Origin: Deltaproteobacteria bacterium
GTDB lineage: Bacteria > Myxococcota > Kuafuiibacteriia > Kuafuiibacteriales > Kuafuiibacteriaceae
Direction: 5' to 3'
DNA length: 64,000 bases
Assembly: GCA_040218735.1 (NCBI GenBank)
Contig: JAVJQW010000008.1
Coordinates: forward strand, 64,001 to 128,000
Shown here piece after piece: positions 9,800-18,779 of this stretch (its first letter is position 1; the number at the start of each line of letters is the position of its first letter). The notes under the pieces were generated by a model. It saw only the letters and a list, made by a program, of their open reading frames with translations, had not been told where the DNA came from and ran no database searches. The position numbers and the translations under genes are program-made.

Positions 9800-10109
9800 G
9801 CTAGCACGAGATTACGATCGAGTACGCAGTGGGATAGGGCAACGTGAGTAGCGGAGCGCAGGCGGCGGGCGCGCCGGTTCCGAAAGCCGAGCCGCCCCGC
9901 CGAGCGCAACGTGCCTTGCCCATCGCGAACGCTGGGTCCCCGTGTCGATCGATGGCCAATCTCGCCGAACCGAGGTCGGCACGCCCGCCGCCGGGGCGGA
10001 GCGAGCGCCTGGGCAGCACGTCGCATCACCTCCGCGATGGCGCGAAGCTCCTTGGGTCACCCACCCCCATCGGATCGCCGAGCGAAGGCAACTCGACACG
10101 CGGAGCGCT

Positions 10110-10236
10110 GGCGGCGGACGGGGACGCTCTGGAGGGAATCAGTTCGGCTCGCCCGCCGCGGCCATAAGCGAAGCCGAGGGGCAACACCAGGCGAGACGAA
10201 CGGCATCTGACCGGAAGAGCGTCCCCGGCCGACGCC
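10110..10236. repeat. 21-bp imperfect inverted repeat enclosing further helices
   Basis: ggcggcggacggggacgctct (10110-10130) versus agagcgtccccggccgacgcc (10216-10236): 19/21 complementary, 12-bp perfect core. Confidence 0.75.
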
Positions 10237-10448
10237 AAACGCGAAGCCGGACCTGGGCACTCCCCGGCCGGCTATCCGATACACCCTCGTAGGCCATAAC
10301 GCCGCTCCGCTTCGCGGACCGCCTTAGCACAGCCTTCGGACCGGCCGCATTCGCGACCGGCCGCAGTCTAGGCCTGAACATCCAAGCTGTGCCGAAGATC
10401 TTCGTGGGTTGTTTCGCGGTTCGGCCGCCGACAATCTGCGACGCACCG

Positions 10449-13343
10449 ATGACCGTCGAGACCACCAGCCCGCTCGGCCAGCGCGTCGCCGAAGCCGTTC
10501 GCTCCGTCCGCACGCGCGCCGGCGACCCCACCGCGGCGGTCGTCGTCGTCACCCCGTCCGTCGGGAGCGCCGAGCTCGTCCGTCGCGCGCTCGCGCTCGC
10601 GGGCCCGTTCATCCGCGTGTCGTTCGCGCCCCCCGGTCGCATCGTGTCCGCGCTCGGGGAGCTCGCGCTCGCGGAGCGTGGCCTCACGCCCGAGCCGGCC
10701 GGCTGGCTCGGCGCCACGCTGCGCGAAGCGATCCGCGACGACGAGACGGGCCTCGACGCCCCGGGGTGGCTGCCGTCCCTCGAACAGGCGGTGCAGAAGC
10801 TCGACGCCGCGGGCCTCGACGCAGACCGACTCGCTACCGTGACGTGCGCGCCCGAGCTCGAAGGCCGCCGCGATCTGCTAGCGCGCCTCCTGGGCGCCGC
10901 CCACGAACGTCGCTCGCGTGAACGCCTCGCTGGCGCACGAACGATCGGAGATCTCGCGCTCGCGGCGGTCGAAGACCGGCGGCTCGCGTTCAACCGCAAC
11001 GTGGGCGCGGTGGTCATCGGCGATGCTTCGCTGACCCCGAGCCAGTACGAGGTCCTCACGGCGTGGCTCGCGGATCGCCCCGGCGTACGCCTCGCGCTCG
11101 CGCCGCTCGAACACATCGAACTGGCGCCGCAGGGCCTCCGACGCGCCGCGGCGCACCTCGAGGTCCTCGACGTCGACGTGGCGGGCGAGGGCGACGTCGC
11201 GCACCTGCAGCGTCACCTGTTCAAGGAGCCCACGACCGCTGCGCCGCACGACGGTCGCGTCGCGTTGGTCACGTCGCCGGACGAAGCACGGGAGATGCGC
11301 GAGGTCGTCCGCGAAGTGCAACGTGCGATCGCCGCGGGCACCCCCCTCGACCGCATCGCGATCGCGCTCCCCGACGGCAGCACCGCCGACCTCCTCGAAG
11401 AGCGCCTCGACGCGGCGGGCATACCGGCGGTGTGGCTCGTCGGCCCGAGCCTCGCGCGCGATCGCGCGGGGCGTCTGTTGAGGCAGGCGATTCGCCTCGC
11501 GTCCGGCGAGGACTCGGTCGCCGAGTGGTACGCGTTCCTGAGGCACCCGCTGCTCCGCATTGCGCCGCGCCTCGGCGCCGACGCGCTCCGTGGTGCGAGC
11601 CAGTGGCGGCGCGCGTTGGCCGAGTGCGGCGCCGTGCGCGGGACCGCGGCGATCCGTGGCGCGCTGCGCGCAGCGCTCGAGAGGATCGATCCCGAAGAGG
11701 ACGCCTGGCGCCACGCCGCGCACACCTCGCTCCTCGCTGTGATCGAAACCTTCGCCGACGCGTTCGCGGCGTTCCCGGAGCACGACACGCTCGGCGCCCA
11801 CGCGAAGACCTGGTCGGCGTTTGCGAAGACGTGGATCGGCCTCCCCAACGAACGTGCGCAGCTCGCCGACGTCCTCGACGCGTTTGGTGACGCGGGCCCC
11901 GCGATGGACGCCGCCGACGCATTGGGGTTCTTGGAGTCCGCGCTCGCCGCGAAGCCCCGGCTGGAAGGATTCATGACGCAGCCGGGCGTTCGGGTCGTGC
12001 CGCCGATGGAGCTGATCGGCGGTGAGCTCGACGTCGTCTGCCTCACCGGCCTCGTCGAAGGACGCTTCCCGCCGCGCCGTGACGAGGACCCGCTCCTGAC
12101 GGACGCGCTCATCGAGGCCATCGCCGCCTCGACCGACGTTCACCTCCTCACCTCGCGCGACCGCGCCGACCTCGAACGTCGTCGCCTCGCCGCCGCGATC
12201 GCGTCGTGCACCGGGCGGCTGTGGCTCTCGGCGCCGAGCACCGAGCTGATGAGCGCACGTCCGCAGCGACCGAGCCGGCTCCTCCTCGACGTCGTCGCGA
12301 CGCTCGAGGGCCGCCGCGCCTCGTACGCCGACCTGCGCGCCACGCAGCAGAAGGTCGGCTCCCGGGCGCAGTTCGGGCCCGAGGATCCGAAGGACGCGAT
12401 CGACGCGACGGAGCACTGGGTCGCGCGGGTGCAGAACGGCGAGGTGGAGGCGCTCGCGCGCCACGCGACGCCGCGCCGTTTGATGCAGCTGCACCGCTCC
12501 ATCGATCGCCACCGTCGCTCGGCCCACACCGACACGCCGTTCATCGACGCCTGGACCGGCCTGGTCTCGCCCGAGCTCGTGCTGGGGCCGGCGTCGGGGG
12601 ACATCGAGGCGCGTGTGCACGTGTTCGCGGAGGCCGCGCTGCAACCGGCGCGGTACTTCTTCCGCCGCCTGCTGCGCGCGTACCCGGCGCCGTCGCTCTA
12701 CCACGCGTACGACGCCACGAGCGCGTACGTCCTGAAGTCGCGGGCGCGAGCGGCGCTGCGCGCGGCGTTCGACCGCGCGGGCCCCGATCTCCTCGCGCGC
12801 TTCGCGGAGGTGTGGGCGGAGGAGGACGAGGCGCTCTTCGCGCACAAACCGGAGATCGACGCCGACACGATCGCGATGGCCGGCGACCTCGGCCGCGCGT
12901 TCGCGGAGACGATGCTCGCGGCGCGAGACGACTGGCTCGCGGCGGCGCCGCGTACGGTGCCGCCGAATGACTTCGACGGCTGGTCGGTCGCAGCGGACGA
13001 GGTGCTCGTCGCGGGGCCCACGCTCTTGGCGACGCGATCGAAGGCGGGCCGCAAGACACTCAAGATCGATGACGCGTTCGCAGCGATGCTCACGGCGGCC
13101 GCCCTCGAAGACGTGACCGACATCGTGCACGTCGATCCGGACGGCGGGGTGGGGACGGTGGAGGTCCGCGCGCTGAGCACGACGGTCGCGGAGCTCGCGC
13201 GGGTGACGCGTGAGCGCGCGGCGAAGGGGCTGTGGCCGATGGCGAAGGGCGACGACAAGTTTGCGTTGGCGCTCGAGCAGGTCTCGCCGGTGGACGCCAC
13301 CGACACGGCGGCGTTGGAGCGGATGTTGGAGGTGGTGGGATGA
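10449..13343 (+). CDS. AddB/RexB-like inactive helicase-nuclease subunit
   Basis: SPDEAREMREVVREV..GTPLDRIAIAL, VVCLTGLVEGRFPPRRDEDPLLTD, RLWLS..PSRLL; no Walker A; C-terminal nuclease motif degenerate. Confidence 0.75.
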   Translation: MTVETTSPLGQRVAEAVRSVRTRAGDPTAAVVVVTPSVGSAELVRRALALAGPFIRVSFAPPGRIVSALGELALAERGLTPEPAGWLGATLREAIRDDETGLDAPGWLPSLEQAVQKLDAAGLDADRLATVTCAPELEGRRDLLARLLGAAHERRSRERLAGARTIGDLALAAVEDRRLAFNRNVGAVVIGDASLTPSQYEVLTAWLADRPGVRLALAPLEHIELAPQGLRRAAAHLEVLDVDVAGEGDVAHLQRHLFKEPTTAAPHDGRVALVTSPDEAREMREVVREVQRAIAAGTPLDRIAIALPDGSTADLLEERLDAAGIPAVWLVGPSLARDRAGRLLRQAIRLASGEDSVAEWYAFLRHPLLRIAPRLGADALRGASQWRRALAECGAVRGTAAIRGALRAALERIDPEEDAWRHAAHTSLLAVIETFADAFAAFPEHDTLGAHAKTWSAFAKTWIGLPNERAQLADVLDAFGDAGPAMDAADALGFLESALAAKPRLEGFMTQPGVRVVPPMELIGGELDVVCLTGLVEGRFPPRRDEDPLLTDALIEAIAASTDVHLLTSRDRADLERRRLAAAIASCTGRLWLSAPSTELMSARPQRPSRLLLDVVATLEGRRASYADLRATQQKVGSRAQFGPEDPKDAIDATEHWVARVQNGEVEALARHATPRRLMQLHRSIDRHRRSAHTDTPFIDAWTGLVSPELVLGPASGDIEARVHVFAEAALQPARYFFRRLLRAYPAPSLYHAYDATSAYVLKSRARAALRAAFDRAGPDLLARFAEVWAEEDEALFAHKPEIDADTIAMAGDLGRAFAETMLAARDDWLAAAPRTVPPNDFDGWSVAADEVLVAGPTLLATRSKAGRKTLKIDDAFAAMLTAAALEDVTDIVHVDPDGGVGTVEVRALSTTVAELARVTRERAAKGLWPMAKGDDKFALALEQVSPVDATDTAALERMLEVVG

Positions 13344-16300
13344 CCGAGATCGTCGACATCGAAGTCCGCGAGCGCGTCGTCTCGGCGACCGACACGTCGA
13401 TGGCCCTCAACGCGGGCGCGGGCGCGGGCAAGACGACGGTGCTCGTCGACCGCGTGCTCGGGTTGCTCGCCGCCGGGACGGCGCCGGAGCGCATCGCGGT
13501 CATCACGTTCACGGAGAAGGCGGCCGGTGAGGTCGCGGAGCGCGTTCGCGACGCGTTGGAGTCGGCGCTCGCGAGCGCTCAGGGCGAGGCGCGCACGAAC
13601 CTCCAGGCGGCGGTGGAGCGGCTATCGGATCTCCAGACGTCGACGATTCACGCGTTTGCGTCGTCGCTGTTGAAGATGGAGGCGTACGAGTCGCGGTGGG
13701 CGCCGCGCACCGAGCTGATCGGCGAGACGCTCGGGACCTCTGCGGCGGACGACGCCTACCGCACCTGGCGGAAGGGCTACGACGAGCGGCACCCGGCGGA
13801 CATCGCGCCGCTCCGCGGAGCGTGTGCGGAGCAGACCCTCCGCGCCGGGGCGCTGGAGCTGGTGCGCTTCGCGGACCTGGAGCCCGTCGTCGGCCCGGAG
13901 GCGCTCGACTGGACGGAGGCACGCGCGACGCTGGCGGCGATTCACACGACGTTCGAGTCCCTGCGCGCCGAGTGCAACAAACCCGACACGTGCAAGCTCC
14001 TCGCGAACAACGCGGAGGGGCTCGCGCAGATCGCGGCGGCGCTCGCGGGTGAGGACGAGCGGCTGATCCCGGAGGCGGCGCGGGCGAAGTTCAAGAAGGT
14101 CGGCGGCAAGGCGGCGGATTGGAACGGCGACGCCTGCGCGGGCTTCAAGTCGAACATCGACGAGGTGAAGGCGTGGATCGATCGCTGGAAAGCGAACCTC
14201 TTCGCCCCGCTGCACCGGCGCGTCGTCCTCGATCTGTACGAACACTTCCTCCCGCTCGTCGCGACGCGAAAGCGCGCGCGGAGCCAGGCCGACTACGACG
14301 ATCTTCTGTTCGAGTGTCGTCGCCTCCTCGTGGAAAGGAGCGCGGCGCGGGCGCGGTTGGCGGAGCGCTTCGACGCGATCCTCGTTGACGAGGTGCAGGA
14401 CACCGACCCGGTGCAGGCGGAGATCGCGCTACTGCTGACGCGCGAGCCGGAGCTCGACGGTGCGTGGCACGAACACCCGCCGCGCCCCGGGCGACTGTTC
14501 GCGGTGGGTGACGCGAAGCAGTCGATCTACCGCTTCCGTCGTGCGGACGTTGCAACCTGGCATGCGCTCGGCGACGCCATCGCGAAGGACGGTGAGCGGG
14601 CGATGCTCACCCAGAACTTCCGGTCGGTGCCGGGCATCGTCGCGTTCTCGAACTTCGTGTTCAGCGGGCTGGAGGACTACGAAGCGATCACGCCGTACCG
14701 CGAGGCTGCGGAGCTCGATCCGGTGGTCGTGCTCCGCGCGGAGAAGGCGACGGAGACCCGCGCCGCCGTGCATCACGTGAGCGAGCTGCTGCGGTCCGAA
14801 GCGCAGGTGTTCGATCGTTCGATCGACGGGCTGCGTCCGCTTCGCCCTGGGGACGTGATGGTCGTGCTCCCGGCGTGGAGCCGCGCCGACGGGGTGTTGG
14901 CGGACTTCGCCACGGCCGGAATCCCGGCGGTCGTCGAGGGGGGCGCGACGTTGTTCTCGCGCGACGAGGTGCGGCTCGCGCTCTGTGCGCTGCGCGCGAT
15001 CGAGGAGCCGGGGGACAGTGAGGCGGTCGTGTTCCTGCTGCGCGGCATGTTCGGCACCTCCCACGAGCACCTCGCCAGGCACGTGGGGCAGGGCGGCACG
15101 TGGCGTTACACCCGCGAGGATCAGCCGACCGGGGTTGTCGCGGATGCGCTGCGGGTGCTCCGGGACGTGCACCGGGAGCGTCGTCGCCGGTCGTTGTCGG
15201 CGCTGCTCGATCTGCTGCTGGAGCGCACGCGCGCTGCGGGGGTGTGGCGGCTGTCTTCGCGGGGCGTATCGATGCTCGCGAACCTCGACAAGGTGAAGGA
15301 GCTGGTGCGTCAGCTCGAGGAGACTACGACGACGTCCGCGGAGGTGGTGTCGGCGTTGCTCGGCGCGGACCGGAACGCGAAGCAAGAAGACTTGCCGGTC
15401 GCGGACCCGGACATCGACGCCGTGCGCATCACGTCGCTGTTCAAGGCGAAGGGGCGCGAGGCGCCGGTGGTGGTGATGGCGCACGCGGACCGCCGCAAGG
15501 ACGACGCGCGCGCGATCGTGGATCGCGACGGTGGTCGGGTCGCGATCAAGTTCCGGGACTTGAAACCGCCGGACTTCGACGTGTGGGCGGAGCGCGAGGA
15601 CGCGGAGACGAGGGACGAACGTCGCCGCTGGATGTACGTCGCGGCGACGCGTGCGTGTGACCAGCTGGTGATATGTCGCTCCGACAAGTCGGGGCTCTTG
15701 GACGCGGACCTGTCGAAGGCGCTGGCGGCGACGGCCGACGCGGAGCACGACGCGCTCGTGGAGGTCGGCGACGGCGTTCAGATCCGCGTGCGGGATCTCG
15801 AAGCGATCCCCGAGCCGCCGCGGAGCGACGAGACGTTCCCGGGGCACGACGACGCGATCGACGCGTTGCTCGATGCGCCCCCCACCGCGGGTGACGCCGT
15901 GGAGCCCGCGTGGCAAGCGGAGCGCGCGGCGGCGACGAAGCGCGCGGAGCGTTCGTCGCTGCGGTGGCGGACCGTTTCCGAGGAGGTGAGCCGCGTGCGC
16001 GGTCGGGACCCCGCGGGGCTCGGCGGCGGTGTCGGGTTGCTCGGTGGGAAGGTCGTGCACCGGGTGATGGAGCACCTCGATCTCGCGGAGCCCGCGGCGG
16101 TCGCGATGGAGAACGTGCCTTCGCTGGTGGAGCTGTACGCCCGCATCGTGGGTTTGCCGGCCGAGGACGCGCCCAAGTGTGTGGCGGTCGTGGCGTCGCT
16201 CTTGGAGCACGAGGTCGTGGAGCAGGCGCGCGCGGCGCCGGAGCGGTGGCAGGAGGCGGAGTTCACGTTCAGGAAGCGCGGGCGGATCATCTCGGGGACG

Positions 16301-16837
16301 ATCGATCTGTGTTTCCCGACGGACGCGACGCGCAAGCGTTGGGTCGTGGCCGACTGGAAGTCGGACCTCCCCGCGGTCGGCTCGCCGGCGCGGTTGCGCT
16401 ACGAGCACCAGGTGAAGCTGTACGCGGAGGCGCTGATCGCGAACTTGGTGGACCACCCGATCGAGGTGGACGCGGTCCTGGTCGGTCCGCACGCGGGGCT
16501 CGACGTGGACCTGCGCGAGCGTGCGCTGCGCACGGTGCACCCGGCGTTGGCTTCGGGGCTCGCGGCGTTGCTCGACGCCGGGGCGCCGGTGCCGGCGGTC
16601 GGGATGGACGTCGGCGTGAACGAGACGGTCGGCGAGCTGGAGCTGTGCTGGGAGGACCTGCAAGTTGGCTTGCTCTTGGACCGTGACCACGAGGAACGCG
16701 CGGCGATTGCGGCGGAGGGCTTCGCGCTCGTCGAGGGTTCGTCGGAGGTCTCGGGCTGGGCGGACGCGGCGATCGCGGCGTTGGCGGCGCGGTTGGGGGT
16801 GACGTTGCCGGCGACCGAAGAGGACGAGCCCGCGTGA
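13340..16837 (+). CDS. AddA-like UvrD helicase / PD-(D/E)XK nuclease with extra C-terminal domain
   Basis: AGAGAGKT, ITFTEKAA, STIHAF, DEVQD, VGDAKQSIYRFRRAD, NFRS, KGRE, YVAATRA; nuclease GTIDL..ADWKS..QVKLY; ATGA overlap with the upstream gene. Confidence 0.9.
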   Translation: MTEIVDIEVRERVVSATDTSMALNAGAGAGKTTVLVDRVLGLLAAGTAPERIAVITFTEKAAGEVAERVRDALESALASAQGEARTNLQAAVERLSDLQTSTIHAFASSLLKMEAYESRWAPRTELIGETLGTSAADDAYRTWRKGYDERHPADIAPLRGACAEQTLRAGALELVRFADLEPVVGPEALDWTEARATLAAIHTTFESLRAECNKPDTCKLLANNAEGLAQIAAALAGEDERLIPEAARAKFKKVGGKAADWNGDACAGFKSNIDEVKAWIDRWKANLFAPLHRRVVLDLYEHFLPLVATRKRARSQADYDDLLFECRRLLVERSAARARLAERFDAILVDEVQDTDPVQAEIALLLTREPELDGAWHEHPPRPGRLFAVGDAKQSIYRFRRADVATWHALGDAIAKDGERAMLTQNFRSVPGIVAFSNFVFSGLEDYEAITPYREAAELDPVVVLRAEKATETRAAVHHVSELLRSEAQVFDRSIDGLRPLRPGDVMVVLPAWSRADGVLADFATAGIPAVVEGGATLFSRDEVRLALCALRAIEEPGDSEAVVFLLRGMFGTSHEHLARHVGQGGTWRYTREDQPTGVVADALRVLRDVHRERRRRSLSALLDLLLERTRAAGVWRLSSRGVSMLANLDKVKELVRQLEETTTTSAEVVSALLGADRNAKQEDLPVADPDIDAVRITSLFKAKGREAPVVVMAHADRRKDDARAIVDRDGGRVAIKFRDLKPPDFDVWAEREDAETRDERRRWMYVAATRACDQLVICRSDKSGLLDADLSKALAATADAEHDALVEVGDGVQIRVRDLEAIPEPPRSDETFPGHDDAIDALLDAPPTAGDAVEPAWQAERAAATKRAERSSLRWRTVSEEVSRVRGRDPAGLGGGVGLLGGKVVHRVMEHLDLAEPAAVAMENVPSLVELYARIVGLPAEDAPKCVAVVASLLEHEVVEQARAAPERWQEAEFTFRKRGRIISGTIDLCFPTDATRKRWVVADWKSDLPAVGSPARLRYEHQVKLYAEALIANLVDHPIEVDAVLVGPHAGLDVDLRERALRTVHPALASGLAALLDAGAPVPAVGMDVGVNETVGELELCWEDLQVGLLLDRDHEERAAIAAEGFALVEGSSEVSGWADAAIAALAARLGVTLPATEEDEPA

Positions 16838-18777
16838 GCCCGCTGCAGATCGCGTTTGCGCAGACGTTCATGCGTTCGATGGACCGGCTGACCGCGAAGG
16901 AGTCGGCGGCGGTGATGGAGGCGGTGCGCAAGTATCAGAAGGGCCACGGCTCGACGCATCTGCACCAGCTCGCTTCGGTCCCCTACAAGGGCTTGGCGGT
17001 GAGTCAGGGGGCGTTGCGGATCGTGTGTCGGCAGGACGGTGGGACGCTCCTGCTCCTGCACGCGGACCATCATGACGCGGCGTACGCGTGGGCGGAGCGG
17101 CACCGCGTGGTTCGGGTCGGCGACACCGTTCGTATCTTGCCCACGGAGATTGCGACGGCGTCGACGGAGGACGCGACGTCGTCGGTGCGAGGGCCGCTGA
17201 CGGACGTGCCGGACAAGACGTTTCGGCACTTCGAGGTAGGGCCGCTGGCGGCGGCGTTGTTCCGGACGGTGCCGACGGAGGACGCGTTGTTGGACGTCGC
17301 CGCGTCGTTGAAGCCGGCGCTCGGGGAAGCGTTGATCTCGCTGGGCGCGGATCCGGATCGCCTGGATGAGATCGTGTTGGCGTTTCAGTCGGCGCCGGTG
17401 GGTTCCCAGCGGCCGCTGTCGGAGGTGATCGCGGCGCCGCAGAACTCGGACGTTTTCTACGTGGCGCCGGGAGAGCGCGAGCTGGAGCTCGCGCTGTCGG
17501 GTGACTTCGCAGCGTGGCGGTTGTTCCTGCACCCGTCGCAGCGGCGCATCGTGGAGCGCGACACCCGCGGCGCGGCGATGGTGAAAGGCGGGCCGGGGAC
17601 GGGGAAGACGGTGGTGGCGCTGCACCGGGCGCGCCACTTGGCGTCGAAGGTGTTCGCGGACGACGGTCGCCCGGTTTTAGTGACGACGTTCAGCCGGGTG
17701 TTGGGGCAGCAGGTCGCGGCCGACTTCTCCGCGTTGTGCGGTGGTGAGGTGCTGCCGGTCGAGGTGGCGTCGCTGCACGCGGTCGCGGTCGCGGTGTTGG
17801 ATCGCGGTTCGCTGCCGCGCACCTTGGTGACGGGTGAGGTGCTCGACGCGTGCTGGGAGGATGCGCTGGCGCTCGACGTCGCGGGGCGCGGTCGTCGCTT
17901 CTACGAAGAGGAGCGCGAGCAGGTCTTGGCGGAGCAGGGCGTGTGGACGGAGGCGGCGTACCTGCGGGTGACACGGAAGGGTCGCAAAGGGCGCCTGGAT
18001 CGCGCGGCGAAGTTGGACGTGTGGCGGGTGCTCGCGGCGTTCGAGGCGGCGCTGTCGGCGCGCGGTGGTGGTGACACGATCAAGCTGGTGCGCGACGCGC
18101 GCGAGGCGGTCGAGTCCGGGCGGGTGCCTTCGCCGTACGCGGCGGTGGTGTGTGACGAGGTGCAGGACGTCGGCCCGGTGGAGCTTCGTTTCCTGGCGGC
18201 GCTGGCGCGCGAGGGCGACGCGGTGGGGCCAAACCGCTTGTTCCTGGTGGGTGATGACAACCAACGTATCTACCGGCGCCGGACGAGCTTCGCGAAGTGC
18301 GGGATCGACATCGTGGGGCGCTCTTCGCGACTTCGTTTGAACTACCGAACGACGGAGGGGATCCGGTCGGCGGCGCTCGCGGCGTTGGCGGGTGCGGATG
18401 TGGATCTCGCGTCGGGCGAGCGCTCACTGCGCGGCGGCCCGCCGCCGTCGTCACGCCGACTGGGGGCGACGGAGGAGATCGACTTCATCGCCGAGCAGGC
18501 CTTGGACGACGCGCTGGTGCTGGTCGTCGCGCGGACCAACGGTCGCCTCGACGAGGTGTCGAAGGCGCTGGCGGACCGGGGCACGGCGCACGTGCGGCTT
18601 GGGCGTGAAGACGTGGCGCCCGCGGTGGGACTCGTGCTGTGTACGATCCATCGCTCGAAGGGCCTGGAGGCCGAGGGTGTCGTGGTGCTCGACGCGGAGA
18701 AGGTGCAGGACCCGAGGCTGTCGTACGTGGCGATGACGCGGGCGCGGGACTGGTGTGTGTTGGTGGATCGCGCCTAG
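16834..18777 (+). CDS. SF1 UvrD-like helicase with N-terminal RelE/ParE-like domain
   Basis: FLHPSQR, GGPGTGKT, DEVQD, VGDDNQRIY, LNYRTT, TIHRSKGLE, YVAMTRA; N-terminus ..RIV..LLLHADHHDAAYAWA; GTGA overlap. Confidence 0.85.
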   Translation: MSPLQIAFAQTFMRSMDRLTAKESAAVMEAVRKYQKGHGSTHLHQLASVPYKGLAVSQGALRIVCRQDGGTLLLLHADHHDAAYAWAERHRVVRVGDTVRILPTEIATASTEDATSSVRGPLTDVPDKTFRHFEVGPLAAALFRTVPTEDALLDVAASLKPALGEALISLGADPDRLDEIVLAFQSAPVGSQRPLSEVIAAPQNSDVFYVAPGERELELALSGDFAAWRLFLHPSQRRIVERDTRGAAMVKGGPGTGKTVVALHRARHLASKVFADDGRPVLVTTFSRVLGQQVAADFSALCGGEVLPVEVASLHAVAVAVLDRGSLPRTLVTGEVLDACWEDALALDVAGRGRRFYEEEREQVLAEQGVWTEAAYLRVTRKGRKGRLDRAAKLDVWRVLAAFEAALSARGGGDTIKLVRDAREAVESGRVPSPYAAVVCDEVQDVGPVELRFLAALAREGDAVGPNRLFLVGDDNQRIYRRRTSFAKCGIDIVGRSSRLRLNYRTTEGIRSAALAALAGADVDLASGERSLRGGPPPSSRRLGATEEIDFIAEQALDDALVLVVARTNGRLDEVSKALADRGTAHVRLGREDVAPAVGLVLCTIHRSKGLEAEGVVVLDAEKVQDPRLSYVAMTRARDWCVLVDRA

Positions 18778-18779
18778 TC

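Noticed and set aside
14800-18777. Shift to G/T-rich codons in the distal helicase operon as evidence of separate origin
   Set aside because: Similar local skews appear in other genes here and cannot be quantified by eye.
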